IMG/VR virus record: IMGVR_UViG_2778261315_000002
Reading direction: 5' to 3' (one strand)
Source of the DNA: a virus
Lineage: Duplodnaviria > Heunggongvirae > Uroviricota > Caudoviricetes
Length of the DNA: 36,286 bases
In this document: piece by piece, positions 1 to 10,144 of the stretch
Layout: each line of letters opens with the position of its first letter
How positions within the stretch are numbered: the stretch's first letter is position 1
Program-made: the position numbers and the translations under genes
The notes under the pieces: model-generated
Told to the model about the DNA's origin: nothing
Database searches by the model: none
What the model saw: the letters and a program-made list of their open reading frames with translations, nothing else

Positions 1-258
1 ATGCAAACCGTTATTTTTGGTCGTCCGGGTTGCCCTTACTGTGTGCGTGCCAAAGATCTGGCCGAGAAATTGAGCAATGAGCGCGATGATTTCCAGTATC
101 AGTATGTAGATATTCGTGCGGAAGGGATCACTAAAGAAGATCTACAACAAAAGGCAGGTAAACCCGTAGAAACCGTGCCGCAGATTTTTGTCGATCAGCA
201 ACATATCGGCGGCTATACCGATTTTGCTGCATGGGTGAAAGAGAATCTGGACGCCTGA
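1..258 (+). CDS. grxA: Glutaredoxin 1
   Basis: 85-aa ORF starting at ATG at position 1; N-terminal CPYC active-site motif (GRPGCPYCVRAK); matches my recollection of E. coli GrxA length and sequence. Confidence 0.9.
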   Translation: MQTVIFGRPGCPYCVRAKDLAEKLSNERDDFQYQYVDIRAEGITKEDLQQKAGKPVETVPQIFVDQQHIGGYTDFAAWVKENLDA

Positions 259-269
259 TCGTCTGACAA

Positions 270-300
270 GCCCTCGCGTTGAGGGCTTTATTGATTTTTT
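270..300. terminator. Intrinsic terminator between convergent grxA and ybjM
   Basis: GC hairpin gccctc-gcgtt-gagggc (270-286) followed by T-rich run tttattgatttttt; sits between two convergent gene ends. Confidence 0.5.
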
Positions 301-665
301 CTGTGCTGTGGTTTAAACAAACTACTGATAAATAAGAAACACAATGCCCCCAGCGCACACCAGAACACCGCACTTAATAACCATGCCAGCTCTTGCCAGA
401 ATGAGCGCGTCGGTGAAAAAAACAGCCGCATAATGAGCATCGAACAGGGTGCCGCCAGCATTGCGCCAAACAGAGGTTTCAGGACTTCTCTACGATGTGA
501 AAAGAAGCTGGCAACTGCACCAGGAAGAATGAAAAATAGCAAACCGATTTCAGGATGCCCGGCAGCCCGAAAAGCGCCTTTCATGTGCGTCGCCAGAAAA
601 AGACACACCACAATGAAGAGGACAAAACAGCAGATTGCCCCCGCCCAACGTTGTTTATGTTTCAC
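288..665 (-). CDS. ybjM: Inner membrane protein YbjM
   Basis: 125-aa hydrophobic multi-TM protein; length and position (convergent with grxA, divergent from ybjL) match the E. coli grxA-ybjM-ybjL neighbourhood. Confidence 0.7.
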   Translation of the reverse strand: MKHKQRWAGAICCFVLFIVVCLFLATHMKGAFRAAGHPEIGLLFFILPGAVASFFSHRREVLKPLFGAMLAAPCSMLIMRLFFSPTRSFWQELAWLLSAVFWCALGALCFLFISSLFKPQHRKNQ

Positions 666-934
666 TCGTTCCTCCTGACACTGCGTCTATCGAACACATT
701 TTTCGCCAGTGTGGCGTTCAGTAAGATAAAGCCGCTTCGCATTCCATGCTAATATAGGCCAACGCAATTCATATAGCCGTTGATACCTAATGTGATTACA
801 CTAGTAAAATATATTGTTACTTTACTATCGTTTAGGTGCGCTGAATGAATCTGCGCCCTGAATTCTGGTAAAAAACATTATCGTAAATTACCATTTCTTT
901 CAACAGCTTACTAGTAAACAAGAAGTTAGCCTCC

Positions 935-2620
935 GTGAATATAAACGTCGCCGAATTGTTAAATGGGAATTACATTCTGTTATTATTTGTGGTCCTCGCG
1001 CTTGGGCTATGTCTCGGGAAATTACGACTTGGTTCGATCCAACTGGGTAATTCCATTGGCGTTTTAGTCGTATCGCTGTTATTAGGCCAACAACATTTCA
1101 GCATTAACACCGACGCGCTTAATCTTGGCTTTATGCTGTTTATTTTCTGCGTCGGGGTCGAAGCCGGACCGAACTTTTTTTCCATTTTTTTTCGCGATGG
1201 GAAAAATTACCTAATGTTAGCACTGGTGATGGTTGGCAGTGCGCTGGTGATCGCCTTAGGGTTAGGTAAGCTGTTTGGCTGGGATATTGGCCTGACGGCC
1301 GGTATGTTAGCTGGCTCTATGACGTCGACACCGGTTCTGGTCGGTGCTGGCGATACACTGCGTCATTCCGGCATGGAAAGCAGGCAGCTCTCACTGGCAC
1401 TGGATAATCTGAGCCTCGGGTATGCCTTAACCTATTTAATCGGTCTGGTGAGTTTGATTGTTGGTGCGCGTTACTTGCCGAAATTGCAGCATCAGGACTT
1501 ACAGACCAGCGCCCAGCAAATCGCCCGCGAACGTGGCCTGGACACTGATGCCAACCGTAAGGTTTATTTACCGGTGATCCGCGCCTACCGCGTCGGCCCG
1601 GAGCTGGTGGCCTGGACCGACGGCAAAAATCTGCGTGAACTGGGTATTTATCGACAAACTGGCTGCTACATTGAACGTATTCGACGTAACGGGATTCTGG
1701 CGAATCCAGACGGTGATGCTGTGCTACAAATGGGAGATGAAATAGCGTTGGTAGGCTATCCCGACGCCCACGCACGACTCGATCCCAGCTTCCGTAACGG
1801 CAAAGAAGTTTTCGATCGTGACCTTCTCGACATGCGTATCGTCACTGAAGAAGTGGTCGTTAAAAACCATAACGCCGTGGGCAAACGTCTCGCACAACTG
1901 AAGTTGACCGATCACGGTTGCTTCCTTAACCGCGTCATTCGTAGCCAGATTGAGATGCCGATAGATGACAACGTCGTGCTTAACAAAGGTGACGTTTTAC
2001 AAGTCAGCGGCGATGCCCGTCGCGTAAAAACCATCGCCGATCGCATCGGCTTTATCTCGATTCACAGCCAGGTCACTGACTTGCTGGCATTCTGCGCCTT
2101 CTTTGTTATTGGGCTGATGATCGGGATGATCACCTTCCAGTTCAGCACATTCAGTTTCGGCATGGGGAACGCTGCCGGGTTGTTATTCGCCGGAATTATG
2201 CTGGGATTTATGCGCGCTAACCACCCGACCTTCGGTTACATTCCGCAGGGTGCATTAAGCATGGTGAAAGAGTTCGGCTTAATGGTGTTTATGGCAGGCG
2301 TTGGTCTGAGCGCCGGTAGCGGTATTAATAACGGCCTGGGCGCGATTGGCGGTCAGATGTTGATTGCCGGATTGATTGTCAGTCTTGTGCCAGTGGTTAT
2401 CTGTTTCTTGTTCGGTGCTTATGTATTGCGAATGAACCGCGCACTGTTGTTCGGCGCAATGATGGGCGCACGCACCTGCGCGCCGGCAATGGAGATCATC
2501 AGTGATACAGCTCGCAGTAACATCCCGGCGCTGGGCTATGCGGGCACCTATGCAATCGCCAACGTCCTGCTGACGCTGGCAGGGACAATCATCGTCATGG
2601 TATGGCCAGGATTAGGATAA
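935..2620 (+). CDS. ybjL: Putative transporter YbjL (AAE-type permease with cytoplasmic regulatory domains)
   Basis: 561-aa ORF with GTG start ([24 protein letters not shown]...); two membrane halves flank a soluble central region; matches E. coli YbjL from memory. Confidence 0.85.
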
Positions 2621-2732
2621 AACTGAAGTTGCCCTGAAAATGAAATTTTTTTGCACAACCGCAGAACTTTTCCGCAGGGCATCAGTCTTAATTAGTGCCA
2701 CTGCTTTTCTTTGATGTCCCCATTTTGTGGAG

Positions 2733-2775
2733 CCCATCAACCCCGCCATTTCGGTTCAAGGTTGATGGGTTTTTT
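2733..2775 (+). terminator. Putative intrinsic terminator downstream of ybjL; host/prophage junction region
   Basis: Perfect 10-bp stem cccatcaacc (2733-2742) / ggttgatggg (2760-2769) followed by tttttt (2770-2775); the loop is long (17 nt). Confidence 0.45.
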
Positions 2776-2855
2776 GTTGCCTGAAATTTATGCTATTTAA
2801 AATCATGATGTTAGAAGCACTGTTTTTTAACGATGGCGACAAAATGGCGGCAGCG

Positions 2856-3074
2856 TCAAAGAGAGAGCGCCACCTGTCCTGATTTCATTGGATGCGGCTG
2901 AACCGGATTTGACTCTTTGGGCGTTGCAATCGAACGAACAAAAGTTTCATGGGTAACAAAAGTATGGCTGCAGTTAATATTCTGGCACTGGTTGTAACGC
3001 TCTTTGGTCAATGAAGATACCTGAAAACTGCTGCGAGTATGGGCGGCACTTCCACACAGTGGGCAAATCATCAT
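2856..3074 (-). CDS. ogr: Late-gene transcriptional activator, Ogr/Delta zinc-finger family (P2 Ogr / 186 B homologue)
   Basis: 72 aa from the ATG at 3074 (the track ORF extends upstream to 3107); CPLC...C..C zinc-finger pattern (MMICPLCGSAAHTRSS...ERYNQCQNINCSHTF) closely resembles P2 Ogr; GGGGAG Shine-Dalgarno upstream. Confidence 0.8.
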   Translation of the reverse strand: MMICPLCGSAAHTRSSFQVSSLTKERYNQCQNINCSHTFVTHETFVRSIATPKESNPVQPHPMKSGQVALSL

Positions 3075-3164
3075 TTTTCGAGTTCTCCCCATTTTTGCTA
3101 AATTCACAATAATGATACCGCATTATTCCATTTTGCAAACTTAAAAGTTCTCCATTGCGAAGAA

Positions 3165-4265
3165 TCATTCCATTTCGAAATCATCAATCCTCACTTCAAG
3201 CTCCAGACTGGTCGTAAAACCATTATCCGGGCTGACGGTATGTGTCAGAGTCGTAATGGTCCATTCCGCATCATCTATCGGCTGTTTAAAGCCACTGACT
3301 TTCACTGGCATTTCCGTGTAGAGATCTGCCCGCCCTTCCGCCAGTTGTAGCGAGAATGACGCAACGCCGCGTTGCAGGCGTTCCCACTGCATTTTTGCCG
3401 CTCGTTCGGCGTTGCTCCGGTTGGCATAAGTGCGATTAAGTACCAGCACGTTTTCATCCGTCCCCACCAGGTAATCGCCCTGCTTCGCTTCCGGCTCTTT
3501 CTTCTGCTTCTTGGTCCTGCGCTTACGCTTCACTGTAGTGCTTTCTTTCTTCGCAGGTTCGCGGGTATGCAACCAGCTGGCAATTACGCCCGTGTAGGCT
3601 CCGCGATCCGCCAGGGTAAAGCGGTGACTGTCGCCGTCCTTGCGTGTGATAGTGATCACCGGCAGTGGTTTACCGCTGGCACTTTTACCCTGTCCCTGCC
3701 GGATGAATAACAGATTGCCATTTTTCACCGACGCAATAGCACCGTACTGGCGCGCCAGCCGCATCAGAAAACTGCCGTCACTCTCATTAGTCTGGTCTAT
3801 ATGCTCCACGGGCTTATCCGACAGGTCTTTACCCAGTGCCATCTTCAGTTTGTGACGCGCAGCTATTTCCTTCACCACTTCCCCGACCGTGGTCTTGTGC
3901 CACGATTTTTCACGGCGGGTATTCAGCGTTTCCCGAAAATCAGCACTTCGCGCCCGGATGGTCAGGCGGTCCGGTGCGCCAGTGTGTTCAATCTCGTCCA
4001 CCGTGAATGCCCCTTTCGGGGAAAGCGGCTGCCCCTTCCAGCCCAGCGCCAGCGTAATGACCGCACCACGGCGCGGCAGCACGATTTTTCCGTCGGCGTC
4101 GTCCAGCTCCAGATCAAGCTGGTCAGCTTCAAAGCCCCGGTTATCCGTCAGCGTCAGCCCCATCAGGCGGTTGTCCAGCACAGTGGTGATATCCCTGCCT
4201 TCAATACTGATGCTGAATGCCGGAGTTTTGTTACCTTTGTTAAGCAGTTCAGAGCTGAAATTCAC
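3165..4265 (-). CDS. D: Tail protein D (late control D family)
   Basis: 366 aa; position and size match P2 gpD at the end of the tail operon; sequence resembles P2 gpD from memory. Confidence 0.8.
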   Translation of the reverse strand: MNFSSELLNKGNKTPAFSISIEGRDITTVLDNRLMGLTLTDNRGFEADQLDLELDDADGKIVLPRRGAVITLALGWKGQPLSPKGAFTVDEIEHTGAPDRLTIRARSADFRETLNTRREKSWHKTTVGEVVKEIAARHKLKMALGKDLSDKPVEHIDQTNESDGSFLMRLARQYGAIASVKNGNLLFIRQGQGKSASGKPLPVITITRKDGDSHRFTLADRGAYTGVIASWLHTREPAKKESTTVKRKRRTKKQKKEPEAKQGDYLVGTDENVLVLNRTYANRSNAERAAKMQWERLQRGVASFSLQLAEGRADLYTEMPVKVSGFKQPIDDAEWTITTLTHTVSPDNGFTTSLELEVRIDDFEME

Positions 4266-4747
4266 GACAGCAGCCCTCCCACCGTTTTACTGATATCGCT
4301 TAATGCAGACGTTGCCGTATCCTGCAGATTATTCAGTTGCGTACTGAGATCACCGAACATATCGGACAGGGATTCATCCACCCGTTTGAGCGACAGGGTG
4401 AACTCAATCCGGCGCGGCATACCGTCGCGGAAAAACTCCGTTTTAGTCAGATTCAGTCCCTCAATCACATACATGCCGTAAATCGTCCCACTGCCTTCAA
4501 TCAGGGGCCATGCTTTTCCCTGTTCTGCCATCTGCTCCAGAGCCAGCAACGACAGCCTGCCGCCCGTTATCTCCGGCATAAGAACACCAGAAAGCGTCAG
4601 CATGTCGTTGTCCGGTCCCAGAAACTGCGTGGACGGACGACGGTTTACCCGGCTGTTTGCCGCATGTCGCCAGCTGCGTTGATACTGCAGTTCCTGATAC
4701 GGAACGGTGCGCAGCATAAACACGTACAATCCCAGCACCATCATCAT
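4262..4747 (-). CDS. U: Tail protein U
   Basis: 161 aa, immediately downstream of T with a 4-nt overlap; P2 gpU size class. Confidence 0.75.
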   Translation of the reverse strand: MMMVLGLYVFMLRTVPYQELQYQRSWRHAANSRVNRRPSTQFLGPDNDMLTLSGVLMPEITGGRLSLLALEQMAEQGKAWPLIEGSGTIYGMYVIEGLNLTKTEFFRDGMPRRIEFTLSLKRVDESLSDMFGDLSTQLNNLQDTATSALSDISKTVGGLLS

Positions 4748-7700
4748 GCGTCGTAACCCCCCTGATCGCTGTAGTTACTCCTGGCTTTTGCCTTCAGCCT
4801 GCGTTCACGTTCATCAAGCTGGCGGGCCACCTCCCGCGCAATATCCTGCGCACTTTGTCCAGGCTGCGTCTGGATGATGATCTGCGTCGGTGCCTCAATC
4901 CTGTAAACGGGCGGCACAGTGGCTGCGCGACTCACCATCGCTTCTCCACCTTTCGCGGGAAGTGCCAAAGGGTGCAACGGTGGAAGCTCTGCTGGCGCGG
5001 CAGCAACGCCCATCATTCCGGCAACAACGGCAGCCAGTGCAGCTGTATTTCTCCGGCTGGTCACATTTGCCGGGCCATTAACAATTTCCGGCCCGTTTTC
5101 ACCGACGATGCCAAACTGCCCGCGCGGGATATACCCGCCGCTGTCATACATCCCCGCAAAGCCATATCCCCATGACGGAAAACCACCCGATGGCATCATC
5201 ACTTTACCGTCTGCATTCACCGTCGCAGTTTGCTGACGCGTCACGCTTTCCGGCAGTTTTGCCTTTGCGGCCTCTTTACTGACAATGCCGAGCTTCTCCA
5301 GCAACCAGGAAACGCCGGATTTCAGGGAGTCCAGCGGATGCATGACCATATTCAGCCCTTCCGCCAGTGCCTCCCCGAATCGTCGCCCCATTGCCGCTGC
5401 GCTCTGCAGTTCGGCAGAGGTCGACTTAACGGGCGTCAGCAGATCAGTAAACCAGCCCCACAGCGCCTGTACTTTGTCGCCAATCCACTGAAACACAGGC
5501 TTAAGTGGTTCGAATGCAGCACTGATGGGACCTGCCGCCGCTTTGAATCCTTCCACCACGCCACCGAGAAATGCGGTGATGGGTTGCCAGTATTTCCAGA
5601 CAACCAGCGCCACGCCCGCCAGTGCAGTAACCACAAGACCTATCGGACTGAGCAGAGCACCTAACAGACCAGATATGGCATACAGGGCAACGCGCAGCAT
5701 CACCAGCGGACCAGATGCAAGCACACGAAGCACCGCGCCTGCGGCAGCCAGTCCACCGCGCAGTACCGCCAGAGGATTCATAAACATCACAGCAACAGCA
5801 CGTAAAGCGGATAATCCAGACCGCAATAGTGCAACCGGCGCACCTGCTACAGTTTTCAGGACATTTCCCGTCAGTGATGCCGTACGGCGCAAAGACGACA
5901 ACGGCGCAGTAAGTAAACCCGCTGCATTACCCGCTGAAGCAAGCCCGTGTCGCAGCACTGCCAGTGGTGCGCCTGCCAGCCAGGACAACGCGTTGCTGGT
6001 TCGGGTTACTGCTGCCGTAACGGAAGGTAATGTTTTGATACCCAGCACAGAGAATCCCAGACGGATGACTGCCAGCGGCCCCAGCACTGCAGCCAGCGCC
6101 ACCGCTAAGGTGCCGAGGCCCACGGTAACGGCAGCCACCACAGCGGCTACTTTCATCAGAGTGCCCGTCAGTTCCGGGTTAGCTTCCACCCAGCGACGCA
6201 ACGCCCCCGTGACGCTTTTCACCGTGTACAGAATATCCATCAGCGGCTGGCGCAGCGTTTCGCCCAGGCTACTGAAGGTGTTCTGCGCTCCGGTTTTGAC
6301 CAGCAACCACTGAGCAGAAAGTGAGTCCTTATTGATGTCGGATTCTTTCTGCATGGAGCCGAGCGCATCATTGCCCGCTGTCAGTTTTAACTGACGCTGC
6401 AGTTCCGGCAGGTTGTTTGCCAGTTTCGCCGCGTCATCGCCAAACTCTTTACCAAACAACATGGTCATGGCAGACAGACGCTTATCCTGCGGCAGTGCGT
6501 TCACCTTCTCCAGCACACGCTGGATAGTTCCCATCGCATCCTTCGTCATCTGCTTTTCAATCACTTCAGGATTGAGTTTCAGCAGATTCATCCCTTCAAA
6601 GAAACTCTTGCTTTGCATGGTGGCAATGGACAATTCACGCACCATCGCGTTTGCTGCACTGGCTGCAACCTCTGGCGCAGCACCCAGTGTCAGGAAGGTG
6701 GAACCCAGCGCCGCCGCTTTACGATAATCCAGACGATCAGCCACACTGCCCAGGCGTTGCATGACATCAATGATGTCTGCCCCTTTCGACATGGCGTTAT
6801 CATCCAGATAGTTCAGCGCATCACCGACCTGTTCAATATTGCGGGTAGGGATTTTGTAGAGCTGGGCGATTTTCCCCAGACTTTCTGACAGTTCATCCGC
6901 TGGCAGCTCAAAGGCTGTTGCCGCCTTTGCTGCCGTGCTGGCGAAGGCCAGCAGGTCACGTTTCTGGTCTTCCCAGCTGTCGTCAGGGTTTGCGACGTTC
7001 ATGCGCGCACCACCTTCAACCAGTGCAGCGAAGTCTACCGCACCGTTTTCCATCGGCAACTGTTCACTGGCAGCCTTGATGGCATCCTGCATTTCATAAA
7101 AACGTGCAGTGCGGTTGCCATTATCGTCACGCAGACCATTGACCTGCTTTGCCACACCTTTCATGGCATCTTCCATGCTGGTATAGCTTTTTACTGCCGC
7201 CATCACTGGCGTCCCCATTGCCAGCCCTGCAGCCGTGGTGGTGGCTCCGGCTCCTGCGATGCGATCGCGCACCTCCAGCGAACGGGCATAACTGGCACGC
7301 GCTGCATTCATCCTGCGCTGAGCTTCCCCCAGTCGCTTCAGCCGCGCCTCCTGTTTCGACAGTTCCTGGTTATAACGTGATGTTTCACGGGCTAAACGGG
7401 CAGTTGCTCCCGCATCATCTTTCGCAGAAATTCCCGCCCGGTACAGTTCTGCACGCACAAGCGCCGTTTGCTTCTGCAAATATTTTTGTTGTTCTTCCAG
7501 ACGTTGGACTGCCAGCGTTTGCCGACCTAAAGCTACAAGGTGCCGTTGTGATGGTTGTTCCATCGACTCCAGCTCAGAGCTAAGCAAATTAGCTTTCTGT
7601 CTGGCATAGTTCAGCCTGTCGCCTAACTTCTTGTTATCGGCCTGCAGCTTGCGAAATTTTTCCAGGCTGTTACCCGCCTGATTGAGTTGCTTTAATGCGT

Positions 7701-7821
7701 CACGGGAGGTTCTGATTGCGCCAGCCAGCTCTTTCGAACTGGCCTGTGCAGCACGGAATGGGCGGGTGAGTTTGTCAACCGCATTAAGAATGACCTGCAG
7801 GCGCAGGTTATTATCACTCAT
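4744..7821 (-). CDS. T: Tail tape measure protein
   Basis: 1025-aa Ala/Leu-rich protein with N-terminal coiled-coil and a hydrophobic central region, located between E/E' and U as in P2; the start is overlapped by the E' frame. Confidence 0.85.
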   Translation of the reverse strand: MSDNNLRLQVILNAVDKLTRPFRAAQASSKELAGAIRTSRDALKQLNQAGNSLEKFRKLQADNKKLGDRLNYARQKANLLSSELESMEQPSQRHLVALGRQTLAVQRLEEQQKYLQKQTALVRAELYRAGISAKDDAGATARLARETSRYNQELSKQEARLKRLGEAQRRMNAARASYARSLEVRDRIAGAGATTTAAGLAMGTPVMAAVKSYTSMEDAMKGVAKQVNGLRDDNGNRTARFYEMQDAIKAASEQLPMENGAVDFAALVEGGARMNVANPDDSWEDQKRDLLAFASTAAKAATAFELPADELSESLGKIAQLYKIPTRNIEQVGDALNYLDDNAMSKGADIIDVMQRLGSVADRLDYRKAAALGSTFLTLGAAPEVAASAANAMVRELSIATMQSKSFFEGMNLLKLNPEVIEKQMTKDAMGTIQRVLEKVNALPQDKRLSAMTMLFGKEFGDDAAKLANNLPELQRQLKLTAGNDALGSMQKESDINKDSLSAQWLLVKTGAQNTFSSLGETLRQPLMDILYTVKSVTGALRRWVEANPELTGTLMKVAAVVAAVTVGLGTLAVALAAVLGPLAVIRLGFSVLGIKTLPSVTAAVTRTSNALSWLAGAPLAVLRHGLASAGNAAGLLTAPLSSLRRTASLTGNVLKTVAGAPVALLRSGLSALRAVAVMFMNPLAVLRGGLAAAGAVLRVLASGPLVMLRVALYAISGLLGALLSPIGLVVTALAGVALVVWKYWQPITAFLGGVVEGFKAAAGPISAAFEPLKPVFQWIGDKVQALWGWFTDLLTPVKSTSAELQSAAAMGRRFGEALAEGLNMVMHPLDSLKSGVSWLLEKLGIVSKEAAKAKLPESVTRQQTATVNADGKVMMPSGGFPSWGYGFAGMYDSGGYIPRGQFGIVGENGPEIVNGPANVTSRRNTAALAAVVAGMMGVAAAPAELPPLHPLALPAKGGEAMVSRAATVPPVYRIEAPTQIIIQTQPGQSAQDIAREVARQLDERERRLKAKARSNYSDQGGYDA

Positions 7822-8250
7822 CGTTGGCCCCGCTTCTCTGAATCGCTTTATACCGCCATTCCAGCACTTCGGTCAGCGGCATAACGTCAGTAACGGATGG
7901 CGGCCAGTGAAAGATGGTGGCGATATCAGCCACCAGATCGTCAACCGTCAGGCTGTCGGTAAACCGGCAAGCACCGACTTCTTCAACAAAAAAGTGACAA
8001 TCTCAACCGACATGGCAGTGAGATCTGCCGGGTCCATCTCTGCAATTTCCTGTGCAGTCAGTGCCGGACTGGAGATGCGGGGGATCACGGTCATCATCGC
8101 GTTCACATCCATATCCATAATGGCCTGCAGGCGTGTACCGCGCAGCGCACCGGACTGCGGTTTACGCAGCACAATTTCGGTGATTTCTGTTTTACCGCGC
8201 TTGATGGGGGTATCCAGTTGAATGGTCTTTTCAGTCTGCTTATCACTCAT
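7814..8250 (-). other. E+E' fusion made by programmed -1 ribosomal frameshift (slip site at 7987-7993, minus strand TTTTTTG)
   Basis: In-frame codons ACT-TTT-TTG form an X-XXY-YYZ heptamer. The -1 frame is open for 57 further codons (VEEVGACRFTDSLTVDDLVADIATIFHWPPSVTDVMPLTEVLEWRYKAIQRSGANDE) to a TGA at 7816-7814, overlapping the T start at 7821. Predicted product about 145 aa, close to the P2 E+E' arrangement. Confidence 0.7.
7948..8250 (-). CDS. E: Tail assembly chaperone E
   Basis: 100-aa ORF between FII and T; conserved position; contains the slippery heptamer T-TTT-TTG 13 codons before its stop. Confidence 0.8.
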   Translation of the reverse strand: MSDKQTEKTIQLDTPIKRGKTEITEIVLRKPQSGALRGTRLQAIMDMDVNAMMTVIPRISSPALTAQEIAEMDPADLTAMSVEIVTFLLKKSVLAGLPTA

Positions 8251-8304
8251 TTTGCTGTCCTGTAAATTGGGTTCTGGCGCGGTATCCCGCGCCGTTCAGA
8301 TATA

Positions 8305-8820
8305 TCAGAGGCCGAGGGCGTTGCGGTGCGCTTCCATCAGGTCCATACCGTCCACAATTTCCACCATGTTGATAAGGTCCACTTCATAGAGCACCTCACC
8401 ATTGATGGTCAGCTTCGCGTAGCTGTTGGTACTGGTCACTTTGGTGGTGTTGCTTTCGCCCGTCTTCCACTCGCCGGAATCCACTTCTTTGTGACGTCCA
8501 CGCACCACAAGCTCCACGGCCTGCACTTCTCCGGTATCGTCACGCTGGATAGAGCCGGTAAAGCGCAACTGGATGCCATCCACCGTGGCTTTACCCATCT
8601 GCTTAAACAGCAGCAGTTCAGTACCACCAATGGAAAATTCTGTGTCCAGCGCACTGTCATCAAGCCCCAGATCCACATCAACTGCACCAGGCATTCCGCC
8701 GCCGCGATACTTCTCATATTTGCGGGTGAATTTCGGCAGCGTCAGCGACTCTACGATCCCCTGCCAGTTGTTCCCGTCGTTAAACAGGTTCAGATGTTTT
8801 AATTTGCGTGGTAAAGCCAT
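8305..8820 (-). CDS. FII: Tail tube protein FII
   Basis: 171 aa; size and position match P2 gpFII. Confidence 0.85.
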   Translation of the reverse strand: MALPRKLKHLNLFNDGNNWQGIVESLTLPKFTRKYEKYRGGGMPGAVDVDLGLDDSALDTEFSIGGTELLLFKQMGKATVDGIQLRFTGSIQRDDTGEVQAVELVVRGRHKEVDSGEWKTGESNTTKVTSTNSYAKLTINGEVLYEVDLINMVEIVDGMDLMEAHRNALGL

Positions 8821-8829
8821 GTTGTCCCC

Positions 8830-10002
8830 TTACGCGCTGACCTGGCTGGCGAAATTCACCAGGTACTGATCGGTGATGCGCTGGCGCAGCATCAGATTTT
8901 CAAGTGGCGGCACTGGCGTGTAGTCATAGTCGATGGTGAGTTTTCCGGCTTTCAGCGTGTCTTTATCGTTCACCGACTCATCCAGCCAGCAATCACCACC
9001 AATGAGATAGCCCTGACTGACCAGGCTGCGCATTTTGGCGCGGATACCTTCGATAATGTCGCGCGCCAGCGACGGGTTCAGCGGTTTGTCCACCGCCCAC
9101 ATGTGCGCTTCTGCCATTGTGTCCATCAGTACCTGCGCTGTGCGGGTGTAGTTTTCGAAGGCAAAGAGCGGGTCATCACTCAGACAGCGGGAACCCCAGA
9201 AGCGGAAACCGTCCTTGCGCACAAGCGTGGTGACGTCGTTCTGGTTCAGCAGTCCCGCATCTGTTGCCGGGTCCTGCAGATCCCAGAACACATCAGCAGA
9301 AATTCCGGTGACACCGTTCACGCCCACGTTGGACAGGCTTTTGTGCCACCCAGTCTGCTCATCAATTTTGGCGCGCAGACCAAGCGCACGGGCGGTGGCA
9401 TATGCCATTGCTTCGGCGTTCAGCACCGTGTCCCAGCCAGTAAAGTCAGGCCAGATCAGCATCCCTTCGCGCTGGCTAAAGTTTTCACGGTAAGTGATCG
9501 CCTCCTGCACTGTCTTGCAGCCATACGCTGACAGGTAAGCAAACCCACGCAGGCTTTGCGCCACGCTCAGCAATTCAGTCGCAACGGCTTTGTTATCGTG
9601 GCCTGGCACGCCAAGAATGCGCGGTTTAACGCCGAGCTGTGACTGGGCAGATAACAGAGCTTTCATGCCTGTTTTTTTACCTTCAGCAGTCACTGCGCCG
9701 ATGATATTGGTCGTGGTTTCTTCTTCCGTTTCACCCTGCGGCACACGCACAACAACGGTCACGGGTTTTGCCTGGTCAGCGATGGCATCCAGCGAACGGG
9801 CCAGCGTGCCGGACTCACCCGCTTTACCGCTGGCAGTCAGCACATCAGTGATCAGAACAGGTTTGTTAAGAGGAAACATTTTTGCATCGGCATCATCGCC
9901 CGTGCAGACCATGCCCACGATGGCGGTGCTCACCGTGGTAATGGATCGGGTGCCTTCGTTGACTTCAACAACGCGCACCCCGTGGTGGTAATCCTGAGCC
10001 AT
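8830..10002 (-). CDS. FI: Contractile tail sheath protein FI
   Basis: 390 aa ([14 protein letters not shown]...); size and position match P2 gpFI. Confidence 0.85.
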   Translation of the reverse strand: MAQDYHHGVRVVEVNEGTRSITTVSTAIVGMVCTGDDADAKMFPLNKPVLITDVLTASGKAGESGTLARSLDAIADQAKPVTVVVRVPQGETEEETTTNIIGAVTAEGKKTGMKALLSAQSQLGVKPRILGVPGHDNKAVATELLSVAQSLRGFAYLSAYGCKTVQEAITYRENFSQREGMLIWPDFTGWDTVLNAEAMAYATARALGLRAKIDEQTGWHKSLSNVGVNGVTGISADVFWDLQDPATDAGLLNQNDVTTLVRKDGFRFWGSRCLSDDPLFAFENYTRTAQVLMDTMAEAHMWAVDKPLNPSLARDIIEGIRAKMRSLVSQGYLIGGDCWLDESVNDKDTLKAGKLTIDYDYTPVPPLENLMLRQRITDQYLVNFASQVSA

Positions 10003-10078
10003 AGTGGCGAACCTCCTGATTGGATTAGGCTTCGCCCTATGTTGAAGTGATTGTGCCTGACAAACAGCTAAGCGCAGT

Positions 10079-10096
10079 TGTACCGTTATTCACACA
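10079..10096. promoter_or_regulatory. Putative Ogr-binding dyad (TGT-N12-ACA) of the late promoter upstream of FI
   Basis: TGTACCGTTATTCACACA centred about 85 bp upstream of the FI ATG; flanks nearly identical to the dyad at 22821 (TTGTACCG...CACACAAA). P2 late promoters carry a TGT-N12-ACA element centred near -55. Confidence 0.5.
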
Positions 10097-10144
10097 AAAT
10101 GACGGTATTTGTCTACTTGCAGGGATAATCAAAATAATGCTGAT

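Noticed and set aside
433-752. Plus-strand ORFs (81 and 65 aa) overlapping ybjM
   Set aside because: Antisense to a conserved host membrane-protein gene; no independent support.
3074-3107. Longer 83-aa form of Ogr starting at 3107
   Set aside because: The ATG at 3074 gives the canonical 72-aa Ogr length with the zinc finger at the extreme N-terminus and has a better Shine-Dalgarno; the extension is probably untranslated.
5525-6313. 262-aa plus-strand ORF, and several other plus-strand ORFs between 4800 and 7600, antisense to the tape measure gene T
   Set aside because: Lie entirely inside the conserved minus-strand T gene; Ala/Pro/Arg-rich composition typical of antisense frames of GC-rich coding DNA; no start-site signals.
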